From: a virus
Lineage: Duplodnaviria; Caudoviricetes
Strand: one strand, 5' to 3'
IMG/VR virus record: IMGVR_UViG_3300017707_001820
Location: 1-44,094 of that record
DNA: 44,094 nucleotides
Part shown: positions 26,080 to 35,730 of the stretch, one piece after another
How positions within the stretch are numbered: the first letter of the stretch is position 1
Layout: every line of letters begins with the position of its first letter
Notes under the pieces: model-generated
Seen by the model: only the letters and a program-made list of their open reading frames with translations
The model's database searches: none
What the model was told of the DNA's origin: nothing
Program-made: the position numbers and the translations under genes

Positions 26080-26276
26080 TTTTTTTTACCGCAGCCGCAG
26101 CCCCTCTTTTTTGTTACAGGAGCAGCAGTCTCCGCGCGATCGTCTGGGCTCTCGATTCCCATTCGCTTCTGCAGAATCGCCTGTCGCTCTTCGTCGCTAA
26201 ACGGCTCGCCGCTTTTCTTTCGTGCCGTCCCGTCGCAGATGTTCCTCAACTTGCCGGGAAGTCCTTCGCAATCCAT
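26076..26276 (-). CDS. small protein ending in GCGCGKKK
   Basis: 66 aa bridging the tail and glycosyl clusters, ATGA coupling. Confidence 0.6.
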   Translation of the reverse strand: MDCEGLPGKLRNICDGTARKKSGEPFSDEERQAILQKRMGIESPDDRAETAAPVTKKRGCGCGKKK

Positions 26277-26280
26277 GTTA

Positions 26281-27864
26281 CTACTCCGTAATCGTCACCC
26301 TCGCTTTACAGGACAAGTCCGGGATCGGAGGAACCATCCCGGGGAACTTATCCCAGCAAACGAGATCGACTTCAAAAACCGAGTAAAGCGGAACGCAGCT
26401 TGACTCGATCAAAACACCCTGAACGCCATTCAGTGTCAATTCTGCGAGTTGCTCAATGAGGTCAGAATCCGATCCGGAACCAGATTCAGAATCCGATGCA
26501 TACGATCCGCAGAGATATTCAATACTGTCAAACTTCACGTAATTACGCACGCTGTCGCACTTAATCTCCGTGGGAGGATCGTAAATCCATTTTCCACGCT
26601 CATCGCCAGGGATACACGGAATCTTGTCCATGTCGACACTGAACGTGCATGGGGCACAGTCGCACTCCATGACCTCAATCGTCGCCGTCAATGCCAAAGG
26701 CTGCTCTTCGCAGATCACGTCGCAGCAAGGCGCCGGAGGCGGAGGCGGAGGATCGCAGGAATCTGAACAGTCTTCGACAGAACAGGCCCGGATGATATAC
26801 CACTCGACCGGAGGACAGGCCGCGTTCGGATCCAGCGGGAGACGGAACGGAACCTTCGCGATGATTACTCGATCGCAAGGCTTCAGGTTGTCGATGCCAC
26901 AAGCCTCAGCATCCACTTCGTCAATAATTGTATCTGGCTGTGAGACGCATGGGTCGATGTCGTATGGATCAGAGTAGATCAGAATCCGATACTCACATCC
27001 ACCGCAGGAAGCCAGTGGGCCAGTTTCGACGACGATCTCCAGCCGGCAAAGACTTCCGCCCTGGGCAGAACAGGCAGACAGAGAGGCATCATCGCTAACG
27101 CTCAGGCTTGCACTGTCGCTGTCTCCCGTGCATGTGCAGACTTCCGAAAGCTCTCCAGTCTCCGCAATCCCGTTGCAGTCGGTCAGTGGGGCGCAGCACT
27201 CAATGGAAACGATCTCCTGAACCGGAGTTCCGCATACCGTGATCTCCCAGTCGGCAGGATTGTTGAGTTCTGAGCCTGCCTCCGAGTTGCATCCGACAAT
27301 GATTTTTAGCGGATTGTCCGGATCGCACTCGCCGATAGATCCTCTCAGGACGAACTCGTCGCAGGCTCTATAATCTCCACAGAGACTTGGAGTCACCTGA
27401 ACGATCCTCGCAAATAGCTTTGCCGTCTGCGGAGTCATCCCGCAGCATCGACAGTCGTTACTGGGGTACGTCACGCCTCCCGTAAATGATGTCGACAATA
27501 CTCTAAGTATGTGCCACTTTCCGTCGATTTTACCAACGATGCATTCAGCCTTTAGATTGACTGTGATCGTGTAGTCACAGTTCAGGACGCAGCCGTAGGC
27601 TTCAATCGGATTGTCGATTGTATCTATCGGAACAGTTCTCGTTAAAACCGGACCGCTCATGTTCTGTAGATCGTTGAATTTGGCCCCGATGCCTGTGTCG
27701 CCACAGACATGCAGCGGCCAGTAGCGATTGTCGATCATCGCCATCAGCAGCATCAGGCCAGTCGGGTCAGCGTCTGGATTCTGCGCAATCCCAGTGAAGG
27801 CGTCTTCGACGCCAACGATGACCTCGTTTCCGACATCTGTCTTTGTTCCGCATCCTTCGTTCAT
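26281..27864 (-). CDS. Cys-rich, acidic tail-tip/fibre-like protein
   Basis: 527 aa, about 40 Cys, Ser-Asp tracts, poly-Pro; third gene after the tape measure. Confidence 0.7.
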   Translation of the reverse strand: MNEGCGTKTDVGNEVIVGVEDAFTGIAQNPDADPTGLMLLMAMIDNRYWPLHVCGDTGIGAKFNDLQNMSGPVLTRTVPIDTIDNPIEAYGCVLNCDYTITVNLKAECIVGKIDGKWHILRVLSTSFTGGVTYPSNDCRCCGMTPQTAKLFARIVQVTPSLCGDYRACDEFVLRGSIGECDPDNPLKIIVGCNSEAGSELNNPADWEITVCGTPVQEIVSIECCAPLTDCNGIAETGELSEVCTCTGDSDSASLSVSDDASLSACSAQGGSLCRLEIVVETGPLASCGGCEYRILIYSDPYDIDPCVSQPDTIIDEVDAEACGIDNLKPCDRVIIAKVPFRLPLDPNAACPPVEWYIIRACSVEDCSDSCDPPPPPPAPCCDVICEEQPLALTATIEVMECDCAPCTFSVDMDKIPCIPGDERGKWIYDPPTEIKCDSVRNYVKFDSIEYLCGSYASDSESGSGSDSDLIEQLAELTLNGVQGVLIESSCVPLYSVFEVDLVCWDKFPGMVPPIPDLSCKARVTITE

Positions 27865-28523
27865 TACACGCTTTCACTAGCACTATCGCTCGCACATTCC
27901 GGACACCCAGACTCAAGGTATCTGTGAACTCTTTGCACCTTGTAGGTGCTGCATGCCGTATTGCACTTTGAAAGAATCACTCCATGGTACAGTTCAATTC
28001 CGCCTCCGCCACCAGCAAGAACTTCCCATCGCTTCGAACTGAGATTGTAGATGACGTAGAACACGTCACATGTCATCTTGCTGGTCGATGTCGTTCCTGA
28101 TTCGCTTGATGACGCAGAACCGGACGCACTGCCGCTCGCAGAGTCGCTTGAGGCTGTGCAGATCGTTCCGTCCAATTCACTAACTGGGTCGTAAGCTAGA
28201 AACGGCTTTTCAGCCAAATCCTGGCTGTGCGATCCTGACCTGCGGTTCAGTCGCACTTCCTTCACGTACCCTGAAGGAACATCGTCAGCATGCGCTGCGA
28301 TGTCGGTGGGGGTTTCGGAAATCGCGAAATCGGAGACTGCAACGACCAGTTTTATCTGCTGATGTCTCGGGCTCGCCGATTGGTTTCCGAGAGTCTCGTT
28401 GACAAGTGACGATCCGTTGCCAAATGACACGTCTCTGCGCGAACGAAGAGACTCGCTGATTCCTTCATTGAGGCGATCAGCGGTCAGTGGTTCTCCGGGA
28501 TTCCAGCGTTTTGGTTGTGTCAT
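27864..28523 (-). CDS. tail protein with Ser-rich tracts
   Basis: W.PGEPLTADRLN start typical of tail proteins; SSDSASGSASGSASSSES and C-terminal SDSASESV. Confidence 0.7.
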   Translation of the reverse strand: MTQPKRWNPGEPLTADRLNEGISESLRSRRDVSFGNGSSLVNETLGNQSASPRHQQIKLVVAVSDFAISETPTDIAAHADDVPSGYVKEVRLNRRSGSHSQDLAEKPFLAYDPVSELDGTICTASSDSASGSASGSASSSESGTTSTSKMTCDVFYVIYNLSSKRWEVLAGGGGGIELYHGVILSKCNTACSTYKVQRVHRYLESGCPECASDSASESV

Positions 28524-29722
28524 AGGAATGGGTAGAAGATGTCAGCAAAGTTTTTCAGCGGGAAGAGCGGATCTTCAGTTGCGTTGTCGACGCTGACACG
28601 CATCCACTCGCCAGGGGAATCATCTTCCGTATTTCTGTCGAAGAACAGGTGATTCCATCCATAGGCCTCATCATTATCATCCGGACAATCATCGCTGTCA
28701 CTGTACGATGCCGTCGGAGTTTCTTTTGCGATTCTCTTCTGCTTGAAGATCAACTTCAGCGTCGTCGTGTTCATGTTCTTCTGGCCGAAGTTACCAGAAG
28801 TTGAAAATCCACCGAATGCGTCAGTCCTCTGAGACCTGTCTTCCTGAAAGTCAATGAACATGATCGTCTCAGGTTCATACTGCCCGCATCCGCAGGCTTC
28901 TTCATCCGTTGGAGGGGCATCGCAGTTCAGGATGTCCCCCCATGCCTGGCTGTTGACGCTGCCTCGAAACTCCCGCAAATGATTTTCGATAGCACACAGA
29001 TTTCGGATCGGCACGTTATGCCAATTCACGATGATGTCTGCTTTCGGAATAATCTTGTAAGCATACGAGTCAGCCTTCAACTGACGCGCCGCCTGCTCTT
29101 CCGGAGTGTCCTTCGGCAAATCTCTCCAAACTAGATTTCCGTTTGGAAGAGTAAGCATTTCGTAGGAAGGGTTTCGCTCAACAGACAGGCATGTCCCCGG
29201 AAGGACAAACTCATTGACTTCCCACAGTTTCGTCGTGTTATTGAACGCCAGGCAGTCGCAGGGATTCTCTGAATAACTGATTGTCACCTTGCAAAGGTAG
29301 CTGTTATTGTCATCATCGACTGGCAGAGAGATTTCCGGGATCCAGTGATGAGCTTGTTGCAGAATCGCCGTAGGGTCCGTGATCAGTGTGTGTTCCGTGA
29401 CTTCGTCCGGAAGAATATGATGCTCGTTCCTGAAGACACACTCAGTCAACGCTTCGATGCTGAATGAGGACGCAATCAGATTGATCTGCCCGTATCCCAG
29501 AGCCCCGGTTGAGTCGAATGGGTACGGCGCAGGGATCTGCGGAATGAACGATGTTTCTTCGAAGTCGTAGAACTTCCCGATCATCCGCAATACGAACTCT
29601 TCGGCATGGATGCATGGAACACTAAATGTGCGAGTTGCCGTAACCTTGCCCGAGGAAAAACTCGGCATGATTGATGGCAGCATTTCCTCGACTGGAAAAT
29701 CGTAGTCTGTGTACATGCTCAT
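28520..29722 (-). CDS. distal tail/hub-like protein
   Basis: 400 aa directly after the tape measure; ATRTF, GWNH motifs. Confidence 0.65.
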   Translation of the reverse strand: MSMYTDYDFPVEEMLPSIMPSFSSGKVTATRTFSVPCIHAEEFVLRMIGKFYDFEETSFIPQIPAPYPFDSTGALGYGQINLIASSFSIEALTECVFRNEHHILPDEVTEHTLITDPTAILQQAHHWIPEISLPVDDDNNSYLCKVTISYSENPCDCLAFNNTTKLWEVNEFVLPGTCLSVERNPSYEMLTLPNGNLVWRDLPKDTPEEQAARQLKADSYAYKIIPKADIIVNWHNVPIRNLCAIENHLREFRGSVNSQAWGDILNCDAPPTDEEACGCGQYEPETIMFIDFQEDRSQRTDAFGGFSTSGNFGQKNMNTTTLKLIFKQKRIAKETPTASYSDSDDCPDDNDEAYGWNHLFFDRNTEDDSPGEWMRVSVDNATEDPLFPLKNFADIFYPFL

Positions 29723-32232
29723 TGCGCTCTCGCTCCCACATTCAGTTTCCGGACAGCGTCGGTCGTCTGCTTCTGCTCGCCGACGACAGGAGCGACGAAT
29801 CCCTGCATAGCTTCACGGACTCCTTTGTTGACTGCGTCGGCGATTTCACTGACTTGCTGAGGCGATCTCGCCTGAGATTCCGCTCTCATCATAAACTCAA
29901 TCGCCCCTGCTCCAACACCACCACCAATTGGCAGAGTGCGAATCGCAGCGTCGACATCATTTCCGACAGGCCGTTCAGATCTCACAGCATTCAGACCGGA
30001 CTCAATGTCGTTGAGTTCGTTTGTTAATCTCTCAAGAGCAGCCGTGTTCTTGTCGATAGGATTGCTCAACGCATTCTTCTGGAGCGACTGGACATACGCC
30101 TCGAAGTTAGTGCTGGACGAAGAGCCTCGCTTCTGATCCTTGCCTTTTATGCTGTCAATCTCTTCAAGAATGTCTTTTCTCTTCAGGAGGAGTTCGTTTT
30201 CAGTCTGAAATCTCAACGACTCCTTGAGCGACTCGGCTCTCTTGTCTATTTCTTCCGTTCCGAGACCGAGCTGTTGTGCTCTGAGTGAATCGAACTCTCT
30301 GACGTTTTCGATGAGATCAGCATAGGCTCGAGATGTTTTCAATACCTCAAAAACATAGAGAGCCTGATCGCTTGCGGATCCGTTAATCTGCCTTCTGATA
30401 ATCTCCTGTGCGGCAGACAAGTCTTTGACTTTCGACTCTGCCGCCGCGAGCCCATCAGAAACAGATTTCGAAAAGCTCTCCATCTCTTTTGAGATCTGCT
30501 CAATAGCAGAAATCTCACTCTTCATTTCAGAGAGAACTGCCACAAGGTTCTTGCCGGCATCGGAATCGTTCAGGTCAAAAGACTCTGCCGTCTTCTCCAC
30601 GACTTTTAGCAACTCATTGAAGCCTTCAACAGTCTCTCGCAGTTGTGCCTGATCTGCCGATCCTGCAACGCCGTTTTCGCGGGCCTTCTTCAGTCCCTCA
30701 TAAACAAGAGTCGTCTTTTCGATGACAGGACGCAGTTCTTCCAGTTCATCCCTTGCCGTATTGGCAAGAAAGTCACTCGTCGATGCTCCAAGACCGAATG
30801 CCCCAAATCCCTTGAAAACAGACGACGACGATCCTGAAGTCGTTGCGTTATCGACTCTGATCTCAAGTGTTTTCTTTCGATACTCAAGCAGCCCGTTGAA
30901 TTCTCTAATTTGATTCAGCACCTTGGAGAGATTGCCGGTCTCGTCGATTCCCTCAAAAATTCCCTTCAGTGTTGATCCTTTGTCCTGCGCATTCTGAACC
31001 TGCTCGGCCAACTGCTGCACGATGTCTTTCAACTCTTTGGCATCGTTGATCGATCTCAGGAAGTTTTCTCTATCCAGTCCAAGACCAACATCGAACTCGA
31101 CTCTGGCAAAGTCTTCGCTCAGAATCCCGCTGATGTCTTCGAACTTCGACTCGATGTCATTAAGACTTTCGAGCCAGTCGAAAAGTGCCGGGAGAACGGT
31201 AATCGCCAATGCCGAACCAATACCCGCAATCAGCGGCAAATAGTCAGCGAACTTCGCTCCGATTTTCGCCTGAATCGCAGGCATTCGCGACAGGTCATTC
31301 AGGATAAACGCGACGTTATTTGCCGACCCTCTGATGCCACCCGCGATTCCATTCAAACTGAAGCCAACAGCGAAGTCTTCGAATGCCTGCCCCAACTGAT
31401 AAGCATTGTTGCTCAGCGTATTCATCGACTGAGAGACCTGCTGGGCCTGCTGATAGACTTCCTTCAGTTCCTGATTTCGCAGGGCAAGATTCTGTGTCGC
31501 GTTCGACAGATTCTGAACGCTCTGCTGTGTTCCATCGAATGCTGCTGAAAGCCTGCGCACGTCGGCTTCTGCAAGCTCGATCTCAGAACGCACGATCGCA
31601 ATCGACCGACGAATCTCCGCCGACGGCAAACCGCGAACGAGCGACGCCTCCAGCCGATTAGTAATCCGACCTTCGCTGATTGCCTCGCGCCCGCGTCCCA
31701 CTTCCAGATCGAACTGTTCTTTGATCGGTCGCTGATTCGACACGTCCTGGAACAGCCGCAGAATTTCCTGACGCAACGGATCAACGTACTGCAGGCTCGC
31801 CTGAATGCCAAGCAGGTCTCTGTCCTGCGTCTGCCGGCGAACATTTAGCACCAAGTCCGACAACTGGTCCTGCAGTCGTTTCACCTCGTCGTCAAACTGC
31901 ACGATGCCGCTGAGCGAGGATTCCCGGCTTACTGTTCTCAGGTTTCGCTGGAGATCCTCCAAGGCTCGTGCTGCGTCACGGTATTCCTGGGCGAGCCCGC
32001 CACGACCACCACCTGCTCCGCCACCTCCAGCATTCCCCCCACCTCCGCCTCCCGTTCCCCCGCCACTAACATTCGGAGGACCGATCCTCGGAGATGGGAT
32101 GGACGCTGTGGAGAAGATGCGAGCGTACTCGGCAATTGCCTCATTCGCTGACGTGCGGATGATGTCCTGAAAGTTCGGGTCCGGACGGATGTTGACAAAT
32201 ACGTCCAGAAGTGATTCGTCGCCGTCAGCCAC
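29719..32232 (-). CDS. tail tape measure protein
   Basis: Longest ORF, helical/coiled-coil, central hydrophobic NNAYQLGQAFEDF...G..G.ANN segment; follows the chaperone pair. Confidence 0.85.
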   Translation of the reverse strand: MADGDESLLDVFVNIRPDPNFQDIIRTSANEAIAEYARIFSTASIPSPRIGPPNVSGGGTGGGGGGNAGGGGAGGGRGGLAQEYRDAARALEDLQRNLRTVSRESSLSGIVQFDDEVKRLQDQLSDLVLNVRRQTQDRDLLGIQASLQYVDPLRQEILRLFQDVSNQRPIKEQFDLEVGRGREAISEGRITNRLEASLVRGLPSAEIRRSIAIVRSEIELAEADVRRLSAAFDGTQQSVQNLSNATQNLALRNQELKEVYQQAQQVSQSMNTLSNNAYQLGQAFEDFAVGFSLNGIAGGIRGSANNVAFILNDLSRMPAIQAKIGAKFADYLPLIAGIGSALAITVLPALFDWLESLNDIESKFEDISGILSEDFARVEFDVGLGLDRENFLRSINDAKELKDIVQQLAEQVQNAQDKGSTLKGIFEGIDETGNLSKVLNQIREFNGLLEYRKKTLEIRVDNATTSGSSSSVFKGFGAFGLGASTSDFLANTARDELEELRPVIEKTTLVYEGLKKARENGVAGSADQAQLRETVEGFNELLKVVEKTAESFDLNDSDAGKNLVAVLSEMKSEISAIEQISKEMESFSKSVSDGLAAAESKVKDLSAAQEIIRRQINGSASDQALYVFEVLKTSRAYADLIENVREFDSLRAQQLGLGTEEIDKRAESLKESLRFQTENELLLKRKDILEEIDSIKGKDQKRGSSSSTNFEAYVQSLQKNALSNPIDKNTAALERLTNELNDIESGLNAVRSERPVGNDVDAAIRTLPIGGGVGAGAIEFMMRAESQARSPQQVSEIADAVNKGVREAMQGFVAPVVGEQKQTTDAVRKLNVGARAQ

Positions 32233-32446
32233 CGATCGTTGCTCCTAACGCAAGATATGCCTCGACCAATGACAGGCTCATTGCCTCTCGAAGAGTGACT
32301 CCTGAGTTCTTCGTCACAGCGAGCGCCAGCATCTTATACCGATTTCCGTCGACGACATCCACCGGAGCTTTCTTCTCTACGGTGATGGTGACGGATTTTG
32401 TTGGCCCGGCGTCTGGCTTTGCTCGCTCGGGCCATCTGAGTTTCCC
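32225..32446 (-). CDS. Tail assembly chaperone -1 frameshift extension (gpT equivalent)
   Basis: -1 frame open from the slippery site (GKLRWPERAK...) to 32225, abutting the tape measure start. Confidence 0.7.
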   Translation of the reverse strand, partial: GKLRWPERAKPDAGPTKSVTITVEKKAPVDVVDGNRYKMLALAVTKNSGVTLREAMSLSLVEAYLALGATIGG

Positions 32447-32871
32447 AGCGTGTTCGACTCGTCCGTGGCAAACAACGCCATCTTCAATTGGGCCTGCTCT
32501 TCCGGAGTCGCACGGTCCCAGAGATCCTTGATTCTCTGGATCCCTTCCTCCCACGTCTCTTCACGGAACCCTTTTGCAGTCTTGATCTTTCGCTTGTTGC
32601 ATCGCCAAACGTCGAAGAAAAAGCCCTCCAGCGATCGGTCGTACTGCAATTCCTCTTCGATCGAAACCGCCGAAGAATTGCAGTAAACCTGCTTCATCGC
32701 TATCCCGACGAGAATCTTGTAATTCTCCTCGGTCATATCCTTGGGAAAGCCAGAGATCAGATTCCACGGTTTGTCGCGCCGAGACTTGATGTGCTCGAGC
32801 TTCTCAACGTAGTTCAACAACCTCTTCGGCTTAACCCCAATCGTTGTTCCGCCAAGAACGACTGAGATCAT
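32377..32871 (-). CDS. tail assembly chaperone (gpG equivalent)
   Basis: Between tail tube and tape measure; carries G-GGA-AAC near its end. Confidence 0.75.
   Translation of the reverse strand: MISVVLGGTTIGVKPKRLLNYVEKLEHIKSRRDKPWNLISGFPKDMTEENYKILVGIAMKQVYCNSSAVSIEEELQYDRSLEGFFFDVWRCNKRKIKTAKGFREETWEEGIQRIKDLWDRATPEEQAQLKMALFATDESNTLGNSDGPSEQSQTPGQQNPSPSP
32440..32446 (-). other. -1 programmed ribosomal frameshift slippery site GGGAAAC
   Basis: X-XXY-YYZ heptamer in the correct phase (CTG GGA AAC). Confidence 0.75.
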
Positions 32872-32885
32872 CCGTCACTCCTCAA

Positions 32886-33350
32886 TTATTGAGCTTCTTC
32901 ACCCTGTGTCGTTGGCTCATGCAGCCACTCGTCCACTTCAAATCCGTAGTTGTAAATGACCGGAGAGTTCCCAGCGATGTCGAAGTCGACCGGAACCGAA
33001 ATGATGCGGATGTTCGCTTCGTAGTACGGATCCGTCGGCGACTCCAGAATGTTGTCGCAGTTGACCGACCACATGATGTGGTAAATGCCGTTGATCGCAA
33101 ACGGAGCCGGAGCCGTTCCGTCGTGGCAGGCGATTGCCAGATTGCCGGTATTCGAGACCGTTCCGCAGGCAGTCTTTTCGTTGCCGTTGGTCGATGACGT
33201 GACCAACTTCTTGACAGCCGATGTCTTCGTGAACGCGATTCGCGTTACGTGCGGGATCGTGTCCCAGGACGCAGACGACTCAGCGGTGTTCGTATCCAGC
33301 AACACGCAGGCTTCCGATGGGCAGCACAATTCACCAGCAGAAAATGGCAT
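32886..33350 (-). CDS. major tail (tube) protein
   Basis: 154 aa, beta-rich (VTSSTNG.EK...G, YNYGFE), directly upstream of the chaperone. Confidence 0.7.
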   Translation of the reverse strand: MPFSAGELCCPSEACVLLDTNTAESSASWDTIPHVTRIAFTKTSAVKKLVTSSTNGNEKTACGTVSNTGNLAIACHDGTAPAPFAINGIYHIMWSVNCDNILESPTDPYYEANIRIISVPVDFDIAGNSPVIYNYGFEVDEWLHEPTTQGEEAQ

Positions 33351-33362
33351 TTCAACTCTCCA

Positions 33363-33797
33363 TCAAACAGATTCAGACGCGGATGCGGAATCCGAGGATC
33401 CCGACTGCTTGTACGTCCCACGGAAAACAAGACTATAAACGATCACGCCACCAGTGCCACTCCGAATCGACGAAGTTGCGTTGCCACGCTGGCAAAAACA
33501 TCCACAAGTTCCAAGATCCACACACCCCGCCGCGAACAACCAGTCCTCGACGAGGCTACGGTATTCCTGGGCTTTCTTCTGCATCGTATCAGAAAAGTAG
33601 GCCTTGATGTCCACCGTGTGACTCTTCTGAACTGCAGACGATGTCCGCAGGCCAGACTGAGTGTCGATCTTCACTACGACATACGGAAGACAGTCCGAAC
33701 ATCGCTTCTCATTCAGGAAGTGATTCTCGCTCTTGATTGTCGTGCAGTTGAGCCCCCGGAGGGCTTCAAGAACTGCGTCTTCGATGCAACATGACAT
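33363..33797 (-). CDS. tail terminator/completion protein
   Basis: LPYVVV motif, position before the tail tube; C-terminal SSDSASASESV. Confidence 0.65.
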   Translation of the reverse strand: MSCCIEDAVLEALRGLNCTTIKSENHFLNEKRCSDCLPYVVVKIDTQSGLRTSSAVQKSHTVDIKAYFSDTMQKKAQEYRSLVEDWLFAAGCVDLGTCGCFCQRGNATSSIRSGTGGVIVYSLVFRGTYKQSGSSDSASASESV

Positions 33798-33927
33798 CTG
33801 ACTTCCTTACGACAACCAAATTCTCAAGTGCCACTCCATGATCTCGGATCACTTCGGCCTCAGCGATCTCCGGACTCAAGGCTTCCACCTCAATTGGAGA
33901 TCCCGCGCCGTAAACAATGTACTTCAT
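33766..33927 (-). CDS. small hypothetical protein (53 aa)
   Basis: MKYIVYGAGSPIEVEALSPEIAEAEVIRDHG...; TGATG coupling; fills an otherwise empty gap. Confidence 0.45.
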   Translation of the reverse strand: MKYIVYGAGSPIEVEALSPEIAEAEVIRDHGVALENLVVVRKSDVMLHRRRSS

Positions 33928-34406
33928 CAATCTGTTCCTTCGAAGGCTGCTTTTGCTGCGACAGCCATTTCAGGCTTCGCAGTCCCGTAAATCTCATCGA
34001 CCCAAGGGCGACCATTCTGATCCCACATCAGCAAATAGTTCTTTTCCCGAAAAGTCACATGACTCGGTAGGAATCCTACATAGCCATTGACGATTCCAAA
34101 AACGTCATCTGCTCCACCTTCGATGTAAGTCGCCAAATAATCATCTTGGATCGATGAAAAACCGCTTTCGGGCCGGTTGTTAATCTCGCCTTCTCCAAAA
34201 ACTGGCCCCCATCCTCCTGGCCTGTGACCCAAGTATCGATGGGGAATTTCTCCAACTCGTGAATGCGGGGGAGCCTGAAATTTCTGCAGCCTGACTCGAT
34301 AAGCCTCCGCAAGACTTTCCGCAGCAACGCCAATCGCTGCCGCCAACTTCCGGTTCAGCATCTCGATCACCCGATCGCTATGATCCTCGAACCGAGCAGT
34401 CAGCAC
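33927..34406 (-). CDS. neck/tail-completion protein (HK97 gp10-like position)
   Basis: PPHSRVGEIPH, GRPW motifs; AAGGA RBS before GTG. Confidence 0.6.
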   Translation of the reverse strand: MLTARFEDHSDRVIEMLNRKLAAAIGVAAESLAEAYRVRLQKFQAPPHSRVGEIPHRYLGHRPGGWGPVFGEGEINNRPESGFSSIQDDYLATYIEGGADDVFGIVNGYVGFLPSHVTFREKNYLLMWDQNGRPWVDEIYGTAKPEMAVAAKAAFEGTD

Positions 34407-35061
34407 TTTCCTTCTCCAATCCAACTTTGAACGGGACAAACTTCCCCTGATCCGACACCCTCGTGATCTTGTAAGAACCTGTCTTCGTCTTCAGTCGATG
34501 TCTGGCCGAGGGTTTGTCACTGAGAGGCCACTTGACCAGATCTCCGGAATATTGGTACACCAGATCTCGCCCGTCGTTCCGTGACTGAATCTGCCCTGTC
34601 TCTGCGTAAATGCTTCCTTTAACTCTCGCAACTCTCCGGTAAACCGTTTCCTGACTGCAGTCGCAGTCCTCACAGTCTTCTTCGAGTACATCGATCGTCT
34701 CCGTCAGCAGGAAACACGCCGCAACCGACCGAGCCCACAACTTCCAGACACAGAACGATGCGAGATACTCAGTCGCGTAAACGACCCACTCGACACCATC
34801 CGCATCCGTAATCACCGCTCCCGCGCCAACCTGGACCGCATTCTCCTGGGTGGATACCCGGAAGATCCGGTCGCTCATATGCACGTTCGTGTGATTGTTC
34901 GTCGCCTCGAACTTGACTCCCTTCGATCTGGCCGACAGGAATTCTGTGGTCTCGCCGCAATACTCGAAAGTAATCGGGACGTAATCACAGAATGCCGTCA
35001 ACCAACTCGTGCATCCGCACGGGATCTCCAGGCAACACGATTCGGAAGCAGATTCGCTCAT
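34378..35061 (-). CDS. head-closure / head-tail joining protein
   Basis: Position in the neck module; beta-rich; N-terminus MSESASESCC; ATGA coupling. Confidence 0.6.
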   Translation of the reverse strand: MSESASESCCLEIPCGCTSWLTAFCDYVPITFEYCGETTEFLSARSKGVKFEATNNHTNVHMSDRIFRVSTQENAVQVGAGAVITDADGVEWVVYATEYLASFCVWKLWARSVAACFLLTETIDVLEEDCEDCDCSQETVYRRVARVKGSIYAETGQIQSRNDGRDLVYQYSGDLVKWPLSDKPSARHRLKTKTGSYKITRVSDQGKFVPFKVGLEKESADCSVRGS

Positions 35062-35366
35062 CGTCGATACCTGCGATTCCTCCGAATTAACGGAGTCGAA
35101 ATGCAGACATCTCCTTCGCACCGAACAGGAGTCACACACGGAACATGCACGAACTCAAACAAGTCTGTGGATGAACCGCATTTCTTCGCTGTGTACAAGT
35201 CCTTGTACGTCTTCAGAACCTCGATCTTCGCCTTGAGCCCAGGAGTTCTGTCTTCGGAGGTATCGCCCTCTTTCGTGATTGATGCCGTGCAGGAGGCGGC
35301 TGTGATCTCTTCCGAAAGATCACAGATCTTCTGCTCCAGCTCAGCACACGAAAGACAACTTGCCAC
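35058..35366 (-). CDS. head-tail adaptor (gpW-like)
   Basis: Helix, ITKEGDTSEDR hairpin, helix; Cys-rich; AAGGAG RBS. Confidence 0.55.
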   Translation of the reverse strand: MASCLSCAELEQKICDLSEEITAASCTASITKEGDTSEDRTPGLKAKIEVLKTYKDLYTAKKCGSSTDLFEFVHVPCVTPVRCEGDVCISTPLIRRNRRYRR

Positions 35367-35377
35367 CGCGCATCTCC

Positions 35378-35641
35378 TTAGACTTCAACGATTCGCCATT
35401 CTCGACCGCTGTTCGGCGACGGAGCACAGATCTGTGCGAATTCCTTCTGGAATTCCGTCTCGTCAATCGGCTTCAGGATCGGCCACTTCAACTCTTTGTC
35501 CTTGTCGGCTTCCGTCCGAATCTTTGCGAACGACTCAAGGTAGGCTTCCTTGACCGCGTTCTCGCCGATCGGCTTCTTCGACTTCACGACCTTCGTTGGT
35601 CCGCCAGGACAACGAACAGCCCACATCGTACTACTTGCCAT
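35378..35641 (-). CDS. hypothetical protein
   Basis: 87 aa, AAGGAAGG RBS. Confidence 0.6.
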   Translation of the reverse strand: MASSTMWAVRCPGGPTKVVKSKKPIGENAVKEAYLESFAKIRTEADKDKELKWPILKPIDETEFQKEFAQICAPSPNSGREWRIVEV

Positions 35642-35669
35642 TCTACACCTTCCTTCAGGAACTGGAAAC

Positions 35670-35705
35670 AAAAAGAGCGGCGACGATCACTCGCCGTCGC
35701 TCTTT
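35670..35705 (-). terminator. Intrinsic terminator after the major capsid gene
   Basis: AAAGAGCGGCGACGA-TCAC-TCGCCGTCGCTCTTT imperfect stem with a T5 tail on the minus strand. Confidence 0.65.
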
Positions 35706-35730
35706 AGATGCGTCATCTGCTCACCGCAGA

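Noticed and set aside
35390-35415. Extra minus-strand copy of the AACAGCGG site
   Set aside because: Only the left arm matches and it lies inside a coding region; likely chance.
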